DNA of 62,140 nucleotides, counting the filler, from Choristocarpus tenellus KU-1152 (taxonomy: Eukaryota; Protista; Phaeophyceae), in assembly GCA_964200185.2 (NCBI GenBank). It is 11 parts of 11 records of this genome, joined end to end, with 100 filler letters (N's around TTAATTAATTAA, not from the genome) between each part and the next. Parts side by side here need not be neighbours in the genome. Positions count along the whole stretch, not along the records: positions 49,868 to 56,468 come from CAXNAD020007777.1; positions 56,569 to 62,140 come from CAXNAD020010383.1; 9 more parts are not named here. One strand, 5' to 3'. The notes beneath the pieces were generated by a model, which saw only the letters and a program-made list of their open reading frames with translations, did not search any database and was not told the origin of the DNA. Of the stretch, positions 53,479 to 62,140 are shown piece by piece. Each line of letters begins with the position of its first letter. Position 1 is the first letter of the stretch. The translations under genes and the position numbers were made by a program.

Positions 53479-56020
53479 ATGAATCCTCGTTCAATGCTGA
53501 GTGGTCGTTCAATGCTACTTACAGTACTGGCATTGGTCATCTTCCCTGCCTCGGGATTCCTTCAACCACATGTACTCAACGCTCGTACTTATATTCATGA
53601 TGGATGGCGAGGGGCATCGTGCTTCTCCCAGGATCGAAACGCTGTTAGGACGGCCACGGGCACCCGATCGACCCCAGGAATGATGTCGAAGGTTGAGGCT
53701 ACTTCATCAGGCAACAAGGAGACGGACGTGTCGCGTATACGAAACTTTTCTATTGTCGCTCATATTGATCACGGAAAGAGCACTCTAGCGGACAGGTGAG
53801 AAGATTACTAGTGTATTGCGGGTATCAAGGTCTTCATCCTAAGTTTAGTGTCTAACCAAACATCACTTGCATAGTTTTCGTCTCCGATGAAGGTCACAGC
53901 TTGAACTACTATGTAGTGTAAAGTTGTTGATGGCATTGCTCGCTGGAATCCTCCTCGATGGAAAAAATGCCCTAGGTTGGCAGTTAATGCACGCTCGACA
54001 CGACTCTTTTCCCACCCACTTAAGTGCTCTTTGCTCTTCCTCTCTATCGGTGGGTCTGGTTGGGGTCATCTCGACTCAGATTACTTGAATTTACTAACTC
54101 GGTGGCGCAACGTGATATGAAGAAGCAACTACTGGACAGCATGGACTTAGAGCGAGAGAGGGGCATCACGATCAAGCTAAATGCGGCGCGGATAGAGTAC
54201 GGAGCCGATGACGGAGAGACGTATGTCCTAAATCTCATCGACACGCCTGGACACGTTGATTTTTCCTACGAGGTGAGGCACCACCACATCCCCACCTCTC
54301 TCGAGTACAGTGTCCAGAGGACAGGGTACAACCGTACATCAATGCATCTCTCTTCGGTGGACAGGACTTTGCCGCTGTTTGGTAACGCCATACCCTATCG
54401 ACACCTGTCAGTGGCAATGTTGGCACCCTACAGTACCTCTTGCAGGATGGTAGAGCAAATCCACATACAGGAGTGAGATTGAATCGGCGATTGTGAGAGT
54501 TTTCATAGAGGGGACAGGATACTAGTTTACACTGAATCTCTCTCTGGCGGGTGTAACCTTGCAATCGGTTGGCGATTACGCAGCCTATCATCTGCAAGTA
54601 TCAGTAACCTGTAGTACCATCTTGAATGATGGTGGATTAAGTGCACATTTGGCAATGGCATCAAAGCGGTAAGTGATTATCACAACTTTTGTGGGCCTTG
54701 GACACCGTGGCCTCTTCTAGCATTCCTTTGAAGATGTACCCTGTACGTCCTGTGAGGGGGTCATTTATGGTTATGAGACCGGTGTGCATGTTCACGATCA
54801 GAAATGTAGTTGCATGCAACGTTCTATGCAGAACGTGCACCCTAAATAAGCAAAACAGATGCGTGCAGCAAACATGATATACTTACTACTACGTACTTTG
54901 AAGAATGTTGCTTAGATGACAATGAGGTGGCAAGAGCCTGACGGGAAAGTGACGTAGAATGGGGATGGTGGAGAGGGTGAGGGGTTAAGGCACACACACT
55001 GCTCAAATCAATGCCAAGATAGTATTGTAGGGGCATAATGTGTAGTAAACGTCTTGATTCAACATTGCTCTTAACAAAAGAGCTGCCGCACAAGTCTTCA
55101 CTAGTATAATACCTCGCTCCTCCCTTGCCGGAAATGGAATAGGTATCGCGTTCTCTTGCAGCCTGTGAGGGAGCCATCCTGGTGGTAGATGCCTCTCAGG
55201 GTGTTGAGGCGCAGACACTGGCAAATGTGTACTTGGCTATGGAAAACGACTTGGAGATAATCACCGTGTTGAACAAGATTGACCTGCCAGCTGCTGACCC
55301 TGACAGAATAGCAGAAGAAGTGAGCCCCTAGTCCTTTCACCCCTCCCTTCAACCCCTTTTTCCTTAATCCTTCTAATCTTTTTCTCTTAGCTATCTTGTG
55401 CACGTCTTCCCCATTTTGCAGTGAACTATCCTGGTATCTGACTTTCCTCCTCATAGTGGTATGTTGTATAGTGTAGTATAGTAAGGTTTCATTTTGTTTG
55501 TTTGTTTGTGTGTGTAGTATTGAACACATGGTTCCAATCTGAATGATGGCATGCTTCTCAAGGAACAAACTAGGGGGAAAGATCTATACCTCTTTCATCC
55601 CCCTTCTTGCTGCATATGACCTAAGGCTCTCAGTTTGCACTTAGTCCAAAGGAACATGGAGTGTGAACTTGTTTGAGAGAGAGTGTACCTTGATCAGAGT
55701 GAATCTATATATTCATAGATAGGTATGCCAGGGTGATGTGGCTATCTATTCTCCACCAACTTGCCATTTCTACAGTCTTTATATCAAAGGATGAGTCCTA
55801 GGTGTACCCTAACTACTATTGAGCTACTATTTCACAACAACTTGATGGCGATGGACACAGATACTGCAGCCCTCTTACGGAAGATGCTCTGTTGTGTTTT
55901 GTGGGGTATGCCACTTTTACATTTTCCATGCATCAGGTGGAGGCGACGATTGGCTTGGATTGCACAGATGCAATACACTGCTCAGCCAAGACTGGGGTGG
56001 GCATCAAGGATATCCTTGAG
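53479..56020 (+). CDS. lepA: Translation factor LepA/GUF1 (EF4), probably plastid-targeted; 5' part
   Basis: Exons 53479-53795, 54080-54272, 55143-55319 and 55937-56020. Motifs: [70 protein letters not shown]. The N-terminus has a signal peptide followed by ASG-FLQP. Confidence 0.96.
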
Positions 56021-57748
56021 GTGCAATTTGAGGAGTCTATGGGTAGAGGCAATGCAAATGATTGCCTTTGTTTTTTTTGTTGTCACCCTTTTGAATAGTC
56101 GGGGTGTGTCAGCAGGGGAAGGATAAAATGATCTAATGCAGGTTCTGCTAAGATCTGAATGGGCCACGACAAGCGAAAAGCTAGTGAAAGATTGACAAGG
56201 AAGGCCCTTGCAGAATTCGACAACCTTCTGAGCTCTACCGTCCTCCACTTGAAGCTATATAAAGGGAGAGAGGATATCTTGTGTGGGAGCATGTGTGTTC
56301 ATATTTTTTTCTGGTATCTGCTCAATATTTATGTCAATAATTTGGACACCTTTAGTGATCCACTGTTCCTGCCTACCTTCCCTCGATGGTAGAGGCAAGA
56401 GGGCACCCTAGGGGACATAGCAGAGTCGCGTGCTCACTGTTAGGAGCACTAGTATCTGTTTGCACTCCNNNNNNNNNNNNNNNNNNNNNNNNNNNNNNNN
56501 NNNNNNNNNNNNTTAATTAATTAANNNNNNNNNNNNNNNNNNNNNNNNNNNNNNNNNNNNNNNNNNNNTAACAACCAGTGCAGTGCACCAATCAACAGTC
56601 AGTACAAGCTGGTAGATGTGTATCATATCAACAAGAAACAAATGAGTAGCCTATGTTTTAACAGCCTTTAGCAGAAATATCTTTTGGAGGCATGCAGGGG
56701 CTTTGCTAAATTTATACTATGTTTAGTGGTTTGCTTCTTGTCATACAGGATTGACCTGAGGAGTCTCCTAGGATCCATAATCGTTTTCTTGTAAGTTCTC
56801 TAGAGTTGCTTGAGCTAGGGAGGGTATTCAATTAGACTCTTCCAACCCTATCGGACCGTTACGGTAAAATATGCAGTAAAGGAACAATCAATTAGTGGTT
56901 GAGTTATCAGAACCTTTTGCTATTGATTAGTTGTATCAGAAAAATTCTCATATAAAAGGAAATATTTCTGATTTTATGGGGTGCTGCATGCCCCACTTAA
57001 CTTTAATCACTCTACTTTTGGAACATTGGAAATGTACAAGATCGATTAAGTATGTCCTACTACCACCTTCGGCACGGATTCACATTCAAAAAGGGGCCCT
57101 TAAAAAGTGCCCCAACATTTACAAAAAAAAACATATCGACACTTTTTCCGCACCATTTTCGGTCAAAACCATCCTCAATAGTACGCTCCATCCTCAATTT
57201 TTAAAATCCACTGTTTACAGACACCAAGCAATCTCGCTGGGTTTATCACCTTTATCCTCTTTAATGATTTGGGAGATAATTTAACATAATATCCTTGTAG
57301 AGTGCAATTGAATACGTAGGAAAGAGTACTGGAGGGAGATTGACTTTGAACGTTGATTTGATTTGAACCGTGAATCGTCTGTCCAGCCATCAACGGCTTG
57401 CAGATGCTTTTGTTGGGAAGGTGTACTATACATATAAGTGAATACATTATAATGAGTGTAATTTACCAAAGTTGCAGTACTGTATATATATGACACTGGT
57501 ATACTACGCAGGGGTGGTGTAGATGCGGTGCTTACTTCACCACCACAGCTTCATCGAAATAAGCTTGCTGAGGGAAAATGTTAAATAAATATTTTCATGT
57601 AATTACTCTTGAAGCCACATGGGAAGCATATACAGCGAGGGCATCACTTTGTTGTCGTTCAGGGACAAGTATAAAGTGCCTACGAGCACTGTCACTCGAT
57701 ACAATATCATTCGAGTTAAGAGAAAAGCGCTCTTATATCTAACTAGAG

Positions 57749-58345
57749 AGGATCAGGACATAAGAGATATGATAGAAAAAAGTCTTTCAAATTTACGATA
57801 ACTGTTACTTTTTTAGGGGTTGTTCTGACATTCGAATGGTCGTCCCCTGACACATCTGGGAAATGTCAGAGGACATAATAATATGTATATGAGAGGTTTT
57901 CTCTGCTTGCCCCTAAGGATCAGGATATAGGAGATATGATAGGAAAATATCTTTCACATTTGCGATAATTGTTACATTTTTAGGGTTTGTTCGGACATTT
58001 GAATTGTTTCCATTGCTTTTTCTCCTGACACATCTGTAAAATGTCAGAGGGCATACATAATAAATACAGCAAGGGTTCCGGAAATGTCAGAGGACATAAT
58101 AATATGTATATGAGAGGTTTTCTCTGCTTGCCCCTAAGGATTAGGATATAGGAGATATGATAGGAAAATATCTTTCACATTTGCGATAATTGTTACATTT
58201 TTAGGGTTTGTTCGGACATTTGAATTGTTTCCATTGCTTCTTCTCCTGACACATCTGGGAAATGTCAGAGGGCATAATAAATACAGCAAGGGTTCCAATA
58301 CAGCAATGGTTCCAGGTGGCATAATAAATACAGCAAGGGTTCCAG
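57749..58345. repeat. Tandem array (about 170-220-bp unit, 3 copies) built from a MITE-D end
   Basis: aggat(c/t)agga(c/t)ata(a/g)gagatatgatag...ctgacacatctg..aaatgtcagagg(a/g)cata recurs at about 57749, 57917 and 58137. Confidence 0.88.
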
Positions 58346-58447
58346 GGTTCCTCTGTTCCGGGTTCCGTTCCCTCTCCTTACTTCTGCTCTGGACTTCCTA
58401 ACACCGGTCACACACCTCAAAGAGGTAACGTTTTAGAAACATGTTTG

Positions 58448-58518
58448 TGCGCCAGCCGGGAATCGAACCCAGGCCACGTGAATGGCAATCGCGTATTCTA
58501 CCACTGAACTACTGGCGC
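58448..58518 (-). tRNA. trnG-GCC: tRNA-Gly(GCC), possibly slightly degenerate
   Basis: GCGCCAG TA GTTC AGTGGTA GAAT A CGCGA TTGCCAT TCACG TGGC CTGGG TTCGATT CCCGG CTGGCGC A (71 nt). There is one C-A mismatch in the anticodon stem. Confidence 0.88.
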
Positions 58519-60980
58519 TCTATCTTACAAGTGTTTCAATGCCTACAACATCTATACACATTATTCTATCAATATCTTCACCTTTTCCCCAATTTTGGTG
58601 ATAGAAGTGAAGGATTGACCTTAGTTACGGTAGAACATATTATCACTCTCCAACTCAAATCACAATGCCCACCATTCAGTTTCATTCACTGCACCCTCTC
58701 ACTTCACACATGGTGATTTCATAAGGTGAATGAGAGGGTTATCCCACCAAATTTCAAGTGATGCGATTCTAACGGTCTGACTGACAATCGAAACGGTTGG
58801 CTCCTCACCCTGGTGGGGTGCAGGAACAGGTTTGAGATCGAAACAGTAACATTGTGATCCCATACAAATGCAGAGTCCTCGCTTATCATGTAGTCTACCC
58901 ACTTATGTTTTTTCTTTTATATATGGATCTACCAATGCGAAAGACTCCTTTCAATAAAACCTTTCAATTTGACTACTCTTGTTGTGGTAGATACCATACA
59001 TAATCCATCATCTACATAAATATGTTTTATGTATGTATGTATTATGTATGTATTATGTATTATGTATGTATGGAGTTTGTGAGAGTCGTGTGTGGCGTGG
59101 TATCCCATCATGTTCCTCAGGTAACATGGATGCAAGGATATAGGTAGTATGAGGTGTGCTTAGCGTTTCATAGAAAGTTACTTCAGGTCAGCTCTATCCA
59201 ATGAATAGTAGGTACAAATCGGTATTTCGTTGTTGAGATATATTTGATGGATATCACACTGTGAAAACTAAGCAAGGATGGCGGGAAACATCAGGCCTGA
59301 TGGCCGCCCAGGATTGGGGACGGCAGTGTAATATTGGTGGCGAATTATTTCCCTGACCTCACAACTTACCGTTGTAGTTGTGATCACTATATTTTTATTT
59401 TTATGCCCATCTGATATTTATCGCTATTGTATTCAGTATACATGGGACTATCTTGATACGCAATGGAAATGCACCACACATTGTAATAAATAATTATAAT
59501 ACTGTACTAAGCAGTCGTAACGAATCACCAATGTTCCACCTCAGCCAGTAATTTGTACTTGCTTCGCCTACTCATGCTTCTTTACTTCTTTTACGTTGGG
59601 TTTCGTCATCCTACCACCTCCCTCCTCCCTCGTATCTTGTGTGGATTTTTCTTGTGATATAAAAATGAACAGAATCATGTAGTACAAGGTGCAGATTCGA
59701 TCCGTAGTGTGGAAAGCAGAATTGTGTGTTATCATACGGCTATTGCCTTACGCCATATATTGCCATACCGACTGAGTTTCCCCGTAAGAAATCCCAGGTT
59801 CCAGTGGAGGATCTTTCAGGAGATTGAATCCATGGAATCTCTTCAAGAGACCAGTCCCACACATGAAGGTCTTCGTTTCATTCAGAGCTGTCAAACATCA
59901 AAGATTCCCTTTGTTCTCACGTCTTGAAATGTCGAATGATCCCTCTCTCATGAGATTCTCATCACTCTGGAATTCTCTGCAGTTCTCTCCGGTCTTTGCA
60001 CTTGTCCAACCTTAACCTCGTCCTTTGGTTACGGTTCGTCTTGGTCCAGCCAGTGATTCTCCTCGCCACCCTTGCCTGAGTGAACCACAGCACCACAGAA
60101 TCATACGATTTATAGTAGTTTCATAGTAGTAGTTTTCCTACGTAGACCAAAAAGGTGTAATGGAGGGGTTTACACCGGACTGGCAGAATATCAAGAGACC
60201 CGTTCAGGGACCGATCCAGATTGAATAATTCTAAGGGGAAAGGATTTGGGGCATCCAGAGTTTAAGTCAGACCAAACCACGACCATCTGGTGAATATGCG
60301 ATTAAATTAATTGGGTGGAATGAAGCCATGGGGATTGTTAACAGTACGAGGTTGTGGACCATTCCGGGATAAAAATGCGGTTAGCAGGACCAGACAAAAA
60401 CCGTCAAAGAACATACCCAGTCCGGGCCTTGACCTAGTCCTGCTTATAACATAGTACAATATGCACGCTCAATGAATAGGGCTCGGAAGGGCTAAACATA
60501 TGGATTGATAGTTTGCACATACCTCCAAAGCATCCGTTTGCATCATACTACACTTCAAAGTATTCCGTAGTGAGTGAAACGGCTACTCGTCGGGTGTTCT
60601 ATTTTGAACTGTGAAAATGAAAGCAGTCTGGCACTTCAATCTTATATTATATTAAAACTGGAAATTATTTTTTTTAGGGATTCGATTTTTGAAGTGTTTA
60701 AAGAAACGTTGCGAACACATTTGAAACCAACACAAAGGTTTCGAGACACATCACATCCATGACAGATTGTGTTGACGACATTCTAGTATGTTACTAATAC
60801 TAGATTTGCACGCTAAGCTACTCTAGGCCCGAATTGTTAATACAAAGCAATGTTCCCAGAATAGTTAATCACAGATCAACTGTCTGCCCAGGTATACTCT
60901 TCTGGAAAGGCAACCATGGCTGGCCGCGATTTGTTCTGATTGTGTTTCAGGGTCTCCATTCCCTTGCAAAACTTGGCCAC

Positions 60981-61406
60981 CTACTTGGTTAGTTGCCTGT
61001 TATGCCGCAAATAAACCATGTGACACTTCACCTTATCTACACTCATTCCACGTCCCAACAAGCCAAGTGCCGAGGAGAGCCTTGAGAAGTTTCTCTCAGC
61101 CTGACAACTTGTTCCGTCAATGCCATCACCATAGAGTCTGGAAACCAACACCAACAGAGGTAGTGGCGCCTTGTGAAGCACCACCTCGCCTTCCTCATCG
61201 GCCTTTGGTATAGACTTCTCCTTCCAGGGGCCAAGGAAAAGGCCAAACCCTCCCTTTTCTATGACCTCATCCTCAGGCATATTTTGCTTAGTGATATCCT
61301 GTTCAAGAACCTCTGGAAGCTTCATCCTTTTCTGATTAGCAATATTACTTTGGTTACTCTCTTCTGCTGATCCACGTCTTCTGGATTCCTGTACTACCTT
61401 CCACAT
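60981..61406 (-). mobile_element. hAT transposase C-terminal dimerisation-domain remnant
   Basis: LPLLVLVSRLY..IDGTSCQAERNFS...MSVDKV..MVYLRHN resembles the hAT P-L..A..YL.I.ATS..ER.FS...FL+.N motif. Confidence 0.72.
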
Positions 61407-62140
61407 GTATCTGTGTATGTATCACCGCTGCAATTTAGATGAATTTGCCTTGGTTGGGAAATGAAAAGGCTTCAGAACGTTATCAGGTACTTCGATTGCA
61501 TTGTTACCAGGTGCATTTGCACTTGATACTTTAGCAAAGAACGCTGCTCATCATCTCCATCCACATGAACGAAAGAATCATTGAGCAGATTCCCCTGCCG
61601 TTCCAGTTCAACAAGAGTTCGATCCCTCAACCAAGCGTCTCCACATATTTATACATGAGTTCGTGCTGCAAATTTTGATGTACAGATTAAGTAAGAATAC
61701 GACAACCTCCACAGGAGACGTATCAGCCTTGCCTAGGTCGCGCGTTTGGGTGGTCACGATAATCCCCCGAAAAGTGCGGACAGTATCCATAAGAAAATAT
61801 TTTTTGTTACCATTACAATAGGAACTAATAGGTAGGCGTATGGCCATAAAATTTGCAGTTCTTCCTCAAATCGGATTGATTTTTTTTAAATATTTGAAGT
61901 GAAAGCTGAAGGCTCAAAGTATCTGAGGGAGGGCGGCGACTGTCCATTCGGGGCCCATTTTTCCATGTCACGAGTTTTGGGTGAATTTGGTTGTATGCGT
62001 CAGATAGATAATGCAAGAGCACTTCTCCTGGTAAGGGCCCGAATGGACACCCTTGTGTAGACTCACCCCCCCCCCCCCCCCCCCACCCCCCCCACCTTCA
62101 ACTATATAAATAATAATAGAAAACAATCACGCTCATTTTT

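Noticed and set aside
9320-56568. Regularly recurring TTAATTAATTAA flanked by Ns as a biological repeat, and gene clustering across these points
   Set aside because: It is an artificial six-frame-stop linker, so neighbouring contigs need not be adjacent in the genome.

Overview
Eukaryotic, intron-rich genomic DNA, most likely from an ochrophyte such as a brown alga or close relative. This assignment is inferred from a bipartite ASAFAP-type plastid presequence on LepA, kb-scale introns and TTAGGG-type repeats. The window is not contiguous: 11 small contigs are joined by ten artificial 100-bp linkers (44N-TTAATTAATTAA-44N), so adjacency across a linker has no biological meaning. Hand-splicing exons recovers partial or near-complete genes for a large Sec7 ARF-GEF, an NDP-glucose 4,6-dehydratase (RHM-like), syntaxin-18, BBS4, a two-domain translin/TRAX-like protein, FCF2, NOC2, a coiled-coil protein, centrin and plastid LepA. 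One tRNA-Gly(GCC) is present. Mobile DNA includes Copia and chromodomain-bearing Gypsy remnants, a DD39D mariner ORF, a hAT remnant and several MITE families. The main highlight is a single gene that appears to fuse a catalytically dead translin-like domain to a TRAX-like domain (a possible single-chain C3PO). Its 2.6-kb intron hosts three paralogous box C/D snoRNAs whose guide matches the LSU rRNA sequence AAACGGCGGGAGU. Also notable are a Sola2-like MITE family with verified 4-bp TSDs and frequent GC-AG introns.
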